Assembly (NCBI GenBank): GCA_963664295.1
Contig: OY760935.1
Coordinates: 1,151,431 to 1,215,430 of the forward strand
Direction of reading: 5' to 3'
DNA: 64,000 bases
DNA from: Candidatus Altimarinota bacterium
Lineage (GTDB): Bacteria; Patescibacteriota; Gracilibacteria; CAIRYL01; GCA-016699755
Part shown: positions 39,487 to 47,659 of the stretch, piece after piece
Position numbering within the stretch: position 1 is the stretch's first letter
How the letters are laid out: each line of letters starts with the position of its first letter
Made by a program: the position numbers and the translations under genes
Notes under the pieces: generated by a model
What the model was told of the DNA's origin: nothing
What the model saw: the letters and a program-made list of their open reading frames with translations, nothing else
The model's database searches: none

Positions 39487-39981
39487 AAAACAAAAATCAA
39501 AAACAAAAAAGTTCCTTCAAAACATCATAAATTTAAGCAGAGAAAATAAGAGCCTTTTTGCAAAGCAGAAGTGAGCCGGGTCGCACTCATCAAAAATAAA
39601 AAATTAAAAATGAGCCCGTAGCCTTCACTTCAAAGCCTAGCTAAAAGAAACTCTCTAAAAAAATCTGAGCAAACCGGGGTTTATCCTTTGTTTGGATATA
39701 AAACTCAGCAAAAAGGTTCACTTTTCTTTGCTTTCCGATATAGCTTTAATTTTTTGACCAAATTTTAAAGCTTACTACTTACTGTCTTGTTTGCACAAAA
39801 TTTTAATATTTTGCTCTGTAAACAACTAAAGACGAGTCGTGGGCAGACTATAAAATTACCCAAAGGAAGGCTTGAAACTGGATTGGTCATCTAAATTGTC
39901 TGAATTATCCCTTTATTTGCAAGGAAGATAAAAAGACTTTAAAACAAAAACAAAAAACACCTATAACTTGGGTGTTTTTTT
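39487..39981 (+). ncRNA. Candidate large structured non-coding RNA of unrecognised class
   Basis: No ORF of 60 aa or more. Two stacked 12-bp long-range helices, several further stems and two putative pseudoknots. Flanked by a promoter and an intrinsic terminator. Confidence 0.7.
39952..39981 (+). terminator. Intrinsic terminator, possibly bidirectional
   Basis: AAAAAACACCTA-TAACT-TGGGTGTTTTTTT. Confidence 0.75.
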
Positions 39982-40317
39982 GTGTTTTTAGTAAAAACAA
40001 GCTGTGCATTGTTTGCCTAGATAGACAAATGCGCCGAAAAATATCCTTAAATATTACTAAAAAATATTAATTGTTTTTATATATTTTCTTTTTGTAATCA
40101 AAAAGAAGCTCGAATGGGTCGGACTTGATTTTTTTGAAAAAACTAAAGCTTTTTTCTTCAAAAATCATGTTCTCGTTTCGTGTGCTCATTAATATTCGCC
40201 CACTCCACTCTCGCACCGTCCTCCTCGCATTCTGATAAAAACCTTTCCTTTTATCAAAAAAGAGCAAGAATACAAAATTGCTCAATGCCTAAAAATTCAA
40301 ATCATTCGCCCCTATTT

Positions 40318-40360
40318 CGTCATTGCGAGGACGACGCCAAAAGCTTAGGATGTGGCAATC
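40318..40360 (+). repeat. REP/RPE-like palindromic element remnant
   Basis: CGTCATTGCGAGG...GTGGCAATC resembles the widespread GTCATTGCGAG..GTGGCAATC element, which translates as RHCE. Confidence 0.5.
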
Positions 40361-40542
40361 TATATAATTACGGGGCTCAGTTGAATTTTCTTAACGGCAT
40401 TATTCGCAAATTGTATTAACTGCCTTTTTTGAATTGCGGAAGGCAGATTGTAATACTGATAACAAACATCAAAATGGTGCACATTATGGTGCTGGTTATA
40501 ACAACACGTGATTCACATAGGCACTAAGTGGACTCGGAATTA

Positions 40543-41547
40543 TTATTTCTCTTTGATTGTCTCTTTTACCTCCTCGCCAAAGTGTCTACCTTTGCCATCA
40601 GAAATAAAAACCAAAACCTCATCATCTTTTTTAAGCTTAGTCACAGATATAGGCTTACCTTCAGGAGAAGTTAGGCGGATTGTTTCTGCATTTTGCATAA
40701 TCAAAGAAACAGTTTCATTATTTACCTCTGCTTCTATGAGCATCATTGGTCGTTTTTCAATTTTAACTCTGCCAACAGCCACCACAGCAGTTTCACCTTG
40801 TGGATTAACAGTCAAAACTTCATCACCTGCAGAAAGTTCGCATAGATATTTAGTTTTATTATTAGGCATTTTTACATAAGCATGCACAGCACCAGCGTTT
40901 ACACGAAAAGGGCGTGCGTCACAATAAGGACTTTGAACATTTTCGTTATAAACAAGAAAAAATGATTTTGAAGTGTTACCAACAAGCAAACCCTCTCCTG
41001 GTTGCAACATGCTAGTTGTGTCAATACAGCACCTGTCGCTCATTGCAACTTGTTTTGTTTGAATTATTTTTGCTGTTTGCAAATTTGGTTTTTCTAAGCC
41101 TGCTTTGCTGATAATTTCACCAATTTCTTTGATATCATTTACACTTTGAGGAATTAAAAGCACGCCATCTGCACCTTTTTCCATTGTTTCAAGGGCCAAT
41201 TTTGCTTCTTCTGGTGTTTTTACGCTTTGAATTAAATTACTTGTTTTTGAAATTAAGTTTTCCAAAGGAATAATAGTCCAATCAAGATTTTCAATAATAA
41301 CAGGAATTTTTCCTTTATATTTTATTACTTTATCTTCATCTTCTTTTTTTGTGATTTTTACTAAATCAAAATCTTTACCAAGCTGTAAATCACCCTTTTT
41401 TTCGCCAATTACTGTGATTTTTGCTAATGATTTTGTTTCCTCAATTTTATCATCAGGAACCCACACAGCATCAACTCCGCTTTCTAATGCGGCTGTGACC
41501 ATTTTTTTGTCAAATGGGTCTATTTTTATCCAAAATATTTTTTTCAT
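40543..41547 (-). CDS. 3-dehydroquinate synthase II (archaeal-type, AroB')
   Basis: DWTIIPLENLI, LETMEKGADGV, DRCCIDT, GEGLLVG, RPFRVNAGAVHAY, GRVKIEKRP, QNAETIRL, GRHFG. Confidence 0.93.
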   Translation of the reverse strand: MKKIFWIKIDPFDKKMVTAALESGVDAVWVPDDKIEETKSLAKITVIGEKKGDLQLGKDFDLVKITKKEDEDKVIKYKGKIPVIIENLDWTIIPLENLISKTSNLIQSVKTPEEAKLALETMEKGADGVLLIPQSVNDIKEIGEIISKAGLEKPNLQTAKIIQTKQVAMSDRCCIDTTSMLQPGEGLLVGNTSKSFFLVYNENVQSPYCDARPFRVNAGAVHAYVKMPNNKTKYLCELSAGDEVLTVNPQGETAVVAVGRVKIEKRPMMLIEAEVNNETVSLIMQNAETIRLTSPEGKPISVTKLKKDDEVLVFISDGKGRHFGEEVKETIKEK

Positions 41548-41557
41548 GATTTTATTC

Positions 41558-42403
41558 TTAGAATGGTAAATCTTCTGGCTTGATTTCACTCTCGTGATTT
41601 ATTTCAGGAATTTCAGGTAAATCTTCTGAGCTTGATGCAGAAGTAGAGGACTGAGTGCTTGTTGCTGGAGCGCCTGCTGTCATAGGTGCATTGCCCATTG
41701 AGTTATATCCTAAAAGAAGAACTTCATCAGCATTGATTTCTGTTGTATAGCGCTTATCGCCATCAGGAGTTTCCCATGAACGAGTTGTACAAGGTCCTTG
41801 CACCATTACTTTTTGGCCTTTTTTGATTTTTTCGCCAACTTCTTTGGCCAGTGCGCCCCAAGCAACAACATTGTGAAACTCGGTTTCTTCTTGCATATCT
41901 CCACCTTCTGGTTGCCAGCGCATATTTGTTGCAACGCCAAAATTGCAAACATCTTCGCCACTTGGAGTTTGACGAAGCTCGGGATCGCGACTCATATTAC
42001 CAATTATAAAAGCTTTGTTTATGCCCCCTGATACTGGTGATAAATCAGCTAGTTGAGGTAATTCATATTTAGAATCAAGAAGAATAATCTCTCGAGCAGT
42101 GACCTTTGTTTTTCTTCTTTTTTGTCCATCTTCTGACTCCCATTCTTCAGTTTTTAGTCTTCCGGAAATATAAACTTGAGAACCTTGTTTAAGGAATTGT
42201 TGGGCAATTTCTGCTTGTCGTCCCCAAAGCACAACAGTGTGATAAGAAGTTCCTGTTTGCCATTCATTGTTATCTCTGCGTTGAAATAATGTTTTAACTT
42301 GGAGACTTATATCAGTGACAGATTTGCCACTTGGTGTTTGTCTGAGTTCAAATGTATCAGCAACATTGCCGATAAGCATGATTTGATTTAATGAGAAAGC
42401 CAT
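41558..42403 (-). CDS. ssb: Single-stranded DNA-binding protein with two tandem OB folds
   Basis: Two complete SSB domains (LN..MLIGN..ELRQTPSG..H.VV.WG) and the acidic tip EDLPF. Confidence 0.93.
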   Translation of the reverse strand: MAFSLNQIMLIGNVADTFELRQTPSGKSVTDISLQVKTLFQRRDNNEWQTGTSYHTVVLWGRQAEIAQQFLKQGSQVYISGRLKTEEWESEDGQKRRKTKVTAREIILLDSKYELPQLADLSPVSGGINKAFIIGNMSRDPELRQTPSGEDVCNFGVATNMRWQPEGGDMQEETEFHNVVAWGALAKEVGEKIKKGQKVMVQGPCTTRSWETPDGDKRYTTEINADEVLLLGYNSMGNAPMTAGAPATSTQSSTSASSSEDLPEIPEINHESEIKPEDLPF

Positions 42404-42483
42404 TTTTGTGTATAAAATATTCTAAATAATTGTTGCATATTTTTGTTTTTTCGCAAAAGTAAAAATTTATACACTGTCTATTC

Positions 42484-42512
42484 TTGATTTTTTGCTCTAA
42501 AAGTGATATGAT
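42484..42512 (+). promoter_or_regulatory. Promoter of the pilus assembly operon
   Basis: TTGATT-17 nt-TATGAT with an extended -10 TG. Same architecture as the pilin promoter. Confidence 0.5.
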
Positions 42513-42534
42513 ATATAGATAAAAAAACAAAAAT

Positions 42535-43710
42535 ATGAAAAATACAAACAACGAAACAAATTTTGAAAACATTGAAGAAAATATGCTTTCTACAGATGTG
42601 GAACACGAAGAGCATGTTGATGGCGAAGAAAAGCCAAAAACTTCATTTTTTTCTAAGTTTTTTGGCAAGAAAAAGCCACAAAAACCATCTGGCACGATTG
42701 AAATAGAAACTGCTACCCAAGAAACGGAGCTTGAAAATGTTGATACTGAAGAAAAAGTAGAAACAAGCCCAAAAAAAGCAGGAATGTTTTCGAAAATTTT
42801 TGCAAAAAAAAGCGAAAAATCAGCTATTGAACCAGAGCAAAAAGAACAAAAACAAGAGCAAAATAAAGCAGAGCCTAAAGATGAAACAGAAATGGTTGAA
42901 GAATTAAGTGGCAATGCTTTTACAAATATGTTCAAAAAAGATAGTCCAGAAAAAAACGATGATTTTATTGGCACAATTATTGAGACAGCAAAAGATGAAG
43001 ACGAAAATAAATTTTCTGAGATAACAAATCAGTTTAATGAAGAACAAGATGAAGAAGAAAAGGTTGAAGAAAAAGAAAAAAAAGAAATAAAACTTTTTCA
43101 TGTAGCACAATTTGTTGCCATGATCAGCTTTTTGGTTCCAGTTATCTCTTTTTCTTTTTACTGGGTTCAGCTAGGTGAAGATAATATTGTTGCCAATTCT
43201 TTCAATTTGGAAACTCCAGGAAAAATACTAAAAAGTAATCAAGAAAAAATAGAGCAAGAAAAAGAAGAAATTGAAATTTTTGAGGAAAAACAAAAAGACT
43301 ATGAAGCTAAAAAAGAAAACTTAACTAATAATAAAATTCTCGCTGACATTATTGATAAAAGAATTAACTGGTTAGGTGTGATTAAAAAAATTGAAGATAT
43401 TACAGAGCAACATTTTCAGGCTAGTATCTCTGATAGTGTTATTTATTCAGCTTATTCAGGAAAAAGTTCCGAGTCAGAAATTTCTATTCAAGGTGAAGTT
43501 AGAGATGATAGCGGAAAAAGCATGACCCAATTGGTAAAATTGATAGAATCTTTAAATAAAGATGCTTACTTTGAGGGAGCAGAGGTGAGAAATTTTTCAA
43601 AAAGAGAAGATATTGAAAAAGGTACTTTTGTCACCTCTTTTAACTTAACTTTTGATTATGTTCCTGACCCTATGTTAATAGATCAAGGTAGTTTAAAGGC
43701 TACTGAGTAA
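42535..43710 (+). CDS. PilN-like protein with long acidic cytoplasmic N-terminus
   Basis: TM, coiled coil, RINWLGVIKKIE, ISIQGEV, LIESLNKDAYF, SFNLTF. Lies upstream of pilO/B/C. Confidence 0.7.
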   Translation: MKNTNNETNFENIEENMLSTDVEHEEHVDGEEKPKTSFFSKFFGKKKPQKPSGTIEIETATQETELENVDTEEKVETSPKKAGMFSKIFAKKSEKSAIEPEQKEQKQEQNKAEPKDETEMVEELSGNAFTNMFKKDSPEKNDDFIGTIIETAKDEDENKFSEITNQFNEEQDEEEKVEEKEKKEIKLFHVAQFVAMISFLVPVISFSFYWVQLGEDNIVANSFNLETPGKILKSNQEKIEQEKEEIEIFEEKQKDYEAKKENLTNNKILADIIDKRINWLGVIKKIEDITEQHFQASISDSVIYSAYSGKSSESEISIQGEVRDDSGKSMTQLVKLIESLNKDAYFEGAEVRNFSKREDIEKGTFVTSFNLTFDYVPDPMLIDQGSLKATE

Positions 43711-43735
43711 TTCTTAATTTTAAACAAAAATAAAA

Positions 43736-44443
43736 ATGAAAACTTTTACAAAAAAAAATTTAGAAGCATTAAGAGCTAGAAACACAAAAACGCTTCATCA
43801 TATACACAAGCTAAAAGAAAGTTCGATATTTTTCTTTAGTATTGCGTTTGCAATAATAGCTCTAACTCTCTTTTTTCATACTTTTCCTAAAGCAGATGGA
43901 TATAAAGAGGTAAAACAAGAAATAGTTGATACAAACTATGAGCTAACAAAATTAAAAGATAATAAAATTGCTGTAAAAAATGAAGCAGAAAAAGCAGAAG
44001 AAGTTTATAACAGTTTGGTTGGTGGAGTAGAAGAAAATCTTGCAAAAATTTTGCCACCAGAAGAAAGCATTGGCGAATTAACAAGATTTTTAGAGGGTTA
44101 TGCTGTTAGGTTTGATCAAGAAGATAATCCATTAAAAGTTAACAATATTTCTTATGGAAAAGCTCAATTAAGCCCAAATAAAGAATATTATGTTTTGCCA
44201 GTAAAAATGAATATTGTTGCTGGAGCGAAAAATTTTAGTAATTTTCTTGATTTAATCAATAGATCAGGTTCAATTGATGAAAAAGATTTTTTCCAAGGTG
44301 AACCAGTAAGATTAATGACCATTGAAAGAATTAACATTAGTGCTCCAATTGGAGAAGAAGAAGTAGATGATGTTTATTCTTTTAATGTGGAAATTAATAC
44401 TTTTTACAAACCAAGAAGCAATAAAACTTCAAATGAAAAATGA
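43736..44443 (+). CDS. PilO-like protein
   Basis: TM, coiled coil, KILPPEESIGEL, VLPVKMNI, NFSNFL, RLMTIERINI. Confidence 0.7.
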   Translation: MKTFTKKNLEALRARNTKTLHHIHKLKESSIFFFSIAFAIIALTLFFHTFPKADGYKEVKQEIVDTNYELTKLKDNKIAVKNEAEKAEEVYNSLVGGVEENLAKILPPEESIGELTRFLEGYAVRFDQEDNPLKVNNISYGKAQLSPNKEYYVLPVKMNIVAGAKNFSNFLDLINRSGSIDEKDFFQGEPVRLMTIERINISAPIGEEEVDDVYSFNVEINTFYKPRSNKTSNEK

Positions 44444-45681
44444 AAAAAGAAAGTCTCACACAACTACAAGAGGCTATATTGGCGGGAAACATACCGCGAA
44501 TTGTAAAAAATGTTTTACAGCTGGCACTGGATATGGGTGCATCTGATATTCATATGGAACCTTATGAAAATTTGGTTAGAAATAGATTAAGAGTTGATGG
44601 TGATTTGCGAGAAATTGTTGAATATCCGCCAAATATACATGCAGCCGTAGTATCAAGAGTTAAAATAATGTCCAATCTAAAAATAGATGAACAAAGAAAG
44701 CCTCAAGATGGCAGGTTGCAAATGATTACAGATGACAGAAGAGCTATTGAATTGCGTGTTTCAACTTTACCAACAGTGCATGGAGAAAAAATTTGTATGA
44801 GATTGCAAGATAAAAACAAAGAAATACCAAGCCTTGATGAATTAGGCTTAAAAGGCAATAACAGAAAAATAGTTGATGAAGTAATTAAAAATCCAAATGA
44901 AATTATCTTGGTCACAGGACCAACAGGAAGTGGTAAAACAACAACATTGTATTCTATTCTCTCTCTTCTTAATAAATCTAACGTGAATATTTTAACTATT
45001 GAAGATCCGGTTGAATATGGCATGAATGGCTTATCTCAGAGCCAGGTAAAACCTGATATTGGTTATGATTTTGCTAGTGGCTTGCGTGCTGCTTTGCGTC
45101 AAGATCCAGATATTATTATGGTGGGAGAAATTCGCGATCAAGAGACGATAGAAATTGCTATTAAAGCAGCTTTAACAGGTCATATGGTGCTTTCAACTAT
45201 TCATACCAATTCAGCAGCAGCCACAGTGACCAGAATTTTAGATATGGGCATTGCTCCTTTTAAGATAACTTCTTCTTTACGCACAATCGAAGCGCAAAGA
45301 TTAGCAAAAAAACTATGCCCACATTGCAAAGAAGCATATAAACCTGAACCGGCTCTAAAAGAAGAGATTTTAAGTAGACTAAAAGATGTTGCCGATGATG
45401 AGTTTGATAAATCATTACTTGATGACATTACTCTTTATCGGGGCAAGGGTTGTGATGAATGTGATGGCAGAGGAACAAAAGGAAGAATTGGTATTTATGA
45501 GGTAATGCAAATTGATCGTGATGTTGAAAAATTAATTCTAAATGGTGCAGCTGAACACGAAATCGAAGATTGTGCAGTTAAACAAGGCATGATCACTCTT
45601 GATAAATGCGCTTATATCAATGCTATTGAAGGTATTATTCCTATTGAGGAGGTTTATCGCATAGCAGGCGCAGATGATTAA
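44440..45681 (+). CDS. pilB: Type IV pilus assembly ATPase (PilB/GspE family), lacking the long N-terminal domain
   Basis: ASDIHMEP, RKPQDG, GPTGSGKTTT, TIEDPVE, LRQDPDIIMVGEIRD, TGHMVLSTIHTN, two CxxC motifs. Confidence 0.92.
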   Translation: MKKESLTQLQEAILAGNIPRIVKNVLQLALDMGASDIHMEPYENLVRNRLRVDGDLREIVEYPPNIHAAVVSRVKIMSNLKIDEQRKPQDGRLQMITDDRRAIELRVSTLPTVHGEKICMRLQDKNKEIPSLDELGLKGNNRKIVDEVIKNPNEIILVTGPTGSGKTTTLYSILSLLNKSNVNILTIEDPVEYGMNGLSQSQVKPDIGYDFASGLRAALRQDPDIIMVGEIRDQETIEIAIKAALTGHMVLSTIHTNSAAATVTRILDMGIAPFKITSSLRTIEAQRLAKKLCPHCKEAYKPEPALKEEILSRLKDVADDEFDKSLLDDITLYRGKGCDECDGRGTKGRIGIYEVMQIDRDVEKLILNGAAEHEIEDCAVKQGMITLDKCAYINAIEGIIPIEEVYRIAGADD

Positions 45682-45698
45682 AATTTAATTCTTAAAAA

Positions 45699-46889
45699 AT
45701 GTCTGATACATCTCAATTACATATTGGCAAAGACGAATACAAAGCTATTGATGTACAAGCCAAAGTTGGCTTTGAATCTAGTGGTGGTGGTTTATTTAAT
45801 CGTGTCAATGATTATTTAATCAATGTATCGTCTGTAAAAACAAAGTCAAAAGTAACTTTTTATAGGCTTTTGGCAACTATGATCAATGCTGGTGTTTCTT
45901 TGGTAAAATCACTACACATCCTTGAGGAGCAAATAGAAGATCCAAAGCTTAAAAGGGTTTGTGCTTCTTTGGCAAAAGGAGTGGAAAGCGGACAAAGCCT
46001 TTCTTATGGTATGGAGAGCTTTCCTGATGTTTTTCCTGATTCTCAGGTTGGTATGGTGAAGTCTGGTGAGGCCTCCGGTAAGCTAAATAGCGTACTTTTG
46101 CAAATTGCTAATCAGGTTGAAAAATCTTCAAAAATAGGAAGCAAAATCAAAGGAGCAATGATGTATCCTTTGGCGATTATTATTGTTCTTATTGTCGTGA
46201 CAACTGCTGTGATGGTTTTGGTTATTCCAAAGCTAGAAAGCATGTTTTCTCAAGCAGGAGCAGATTTGCCAGCCGCAACACAATTACTTATTGATATGAG
46301 TAAATTTCTCACAGCAAATCATATTGGCCTGCCAAATTGGGCATTTTTGGCAATATTACTTGTTTTGTTTATTGTTGGTCTTAATGTTTGGAAAAAAACA
46401 CCAGCAGGTAAATATTATTGGGATAAATTTATCTTAGCCTTGCCTGTGTTTGGCACTTTAAATAAAAAAGTTATTTTAGCTAAATTTTGTAATAGCTTAG
46501 CTACCCTCACAAAAAGTGGTATTGCTATAGTAAAAGCAATAAAAATTACCTCAGATATTGTGGGTAATGAGATTTATAAAAGAAGAATATTACTTATTGC
46601 AGACGATGTGCAAAAAGGTATTACTATTGCAGAAAATATTAAAGATGATAAAAAAATGTTCCCAGTAATGGTGGTTTCAATGATCGGCGTAGGCGAACAA
46701 ACAGCTCAATTAGACAATGTGTCAGAGAAAATAGCTGATTTTTATGACGATGAAGTAGATAACATGGTAAAAAATCTATCTTCTCTTATGGAGCCAATGG
46801 TTATTCTTTTGATTGGTGGTGTGGTTGGTTTTTTGGTAGCAGCTATTATGCTTCCGGTAATGAAGATGAGTGAGGTTGCAGTGGGTTAA
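45699..46889 (+). CDS. pilC: Type IV pilus platform protein (PilC/GspF)
   Basis: LATMINAGV, GEASGKL, AMMYP, GEQTAQLD, LMEP. Confidence 0.93.
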   Translation: MSDTSQLHIGKDEYKAIDVQAKVGFESSGGGLFNRVNDYLINVSSVKTKSKVTFYRLLATMINAGVSLVKSLHILEEQIEDPKLKRVCASLAKGVESGQSLSYGMESFPDVFPDSQVGMVKSGEASGKLNSVLLQIANQVEKSSKIGSKIKGAMMYPLAIIIVLIVVTTAVMVLVIPKLESMFSQAGADLPAATQLLIDMSKFLTANHIGLPNWAFLAILLVLFIVGLNVWKKTPAGKYYWDKFILALPVFGTLNKKVILAKFCNSLATLTKSGIAIVKAIKITSDIVGNEIYKRRILLIADDVQKGITIAENIKDDKKMFPVMVVSMIGVGEQTAQLDNVSEKIADFYDDEVDNMVKNLSSLMEPMVILLIGGVVGFLVAAIMLPVMKMSEVAVG

Positions 46890-46893
46890 AAAC

Positions 46894-46922
46894 TTGATTT
46901 TAGTTTTAATTTGTGTTATTAT
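46894..46922 (+). promoter_or_regulatory. Dedicated pilin promoter
   Basis: TTGATT-17 nt-TATTAT with an extended -10 TG. Confidence 0.5.
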
Positions 46923-46983
46923 TTAATGAATTGAAAAAAATTCAATTAAAAATAAATTTTTCTAAAAATTTTTCAAAACAAAA

Positions 46984-47562
46984 ATGAAAAAAACATTAAA
47001 AAAAGGTTTTACCCTTATTGAGCTTCTAGTGGTGATTACTATTATTGGTATTCTTGCTACTGGTGCTTCAACTGTTTACATCTCTGCTCAGCAGAAAGCT
47101 CGTGACTCTGTTCGCCAAACTGATGTTATGTCAATCAAATCTTCAGTAGAACAAGCTTACGGTGATGAATCTGCTTATCCTGCACCAGATGATCTTGATG
47201 ATCTTGTGACTAATGGATATTTGACTGAGTTCCCAACAGATCCAAAAACAGGACAAACTGATGATGATACACAATTTGTTTATGTTTATGGTTCTGCTAA
47301 AGACGACGGTGGTAGTGGTGTTTCAGGTCAGCTTTATGAAATCAGTGCTAACTACGAAAACACTGGTAGTCAAAGCAAAGAGTTAACTGCTGCTGACAAC
47401 GGTGATGATGATACTCGTTGGGAAGTTGGTAATAAAACAAGTGTAGTTGATTCAAGTTGTGACACAGATGGTAGCTCTGCTGATACTAATGACTATGGTT
47501 ATTATGCACCAGATGATGCTGATTATAGTGGTGCTACAACAGTTATTATTGACGATCTTTAA
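46984..47562 (+). CDS. Type IV pilin, probably the major pilin
   Basis: Class III signal KKG/FTLIELLVVITIIGILA, QKARDSVR. Own promoter and strong terminator. Confidence 0.92.
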   Translation: MKKTLKKGFTLIELLVVITIIGILATGASTVYISAQQKARDSVRQTDVMSIKSSVEQAYGDESAYPAPDDLDDLVTNGYLTEFPTDPKTGQTDDDTQFVYVYGSAKDDGGSGVSGQLYEISANYENTGSQSKELTAADNGDDDTRWEVGNKTSVVDSSCDTDGSSADTNDYGYYAPDDADYSGATTVIIDDL

Positions 47563-47588
47563 TAAACAATAAATAACTTAAAGTTTTT

Positions 47589-47616
47589 AAAGCCCGCCTA
47601 AACAGGCGGGCTTTTT
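47589..47616 (+). terminator. Intrinsic terminator after the pilin gene
   Basis: AAAGCCCGCC-TAAACA-GGCGGGCTTTTT. Confidence 0.9.
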
Positions 47617-47659
47617 GTATAAAAACTTAATTTCTTGCCTTATTCCAGTTGCTTAATTT

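Noticed and set aside
39511-39523. GTTCCTTCAAAAC as a boxA antitermination signal
   Set aside because: Two mismatches to GTTCTTTGAAAAC. Suggestive at the 5' end of an RNA gene but too weak to call.
39487-39981. Assignment of the structured region to RNase P, tmRNA, SRP, a group I/II intron or a riboswitch
   Set aside because: No GAGGAAAGTCC, no tRNA-like ends, and no domain V. The CAGACTA and GATATAG words occur in the wrong order for a group I core. No downstream same-strand gene or interrupted host gene exists.
40067-40419. ORFs 40067-40285 (-) and 40180-40419 (+)
   Set aside because: They overlap each other on opposite strands, use weak starts, have no protein-like motif, and one simply reads through the palindromic element.
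40385-40503. dif-like half sites (GGTGCACATTA at 40476-40486; TTTGCGAATAA on the minus strand near 40400-40410)
   Set aside because: Only one arm resembles dif in each case; the partner arm or the 6 bp spacing does not fit.
42357-42974. 205 aa minus-strand ORF and similar Phe/Ser/Leu-rich antisense ORFs across the window
   Set aside because: These are antisense shadows of Lys/Glu-rich genes on the opposite strand, with no independent coding signal.
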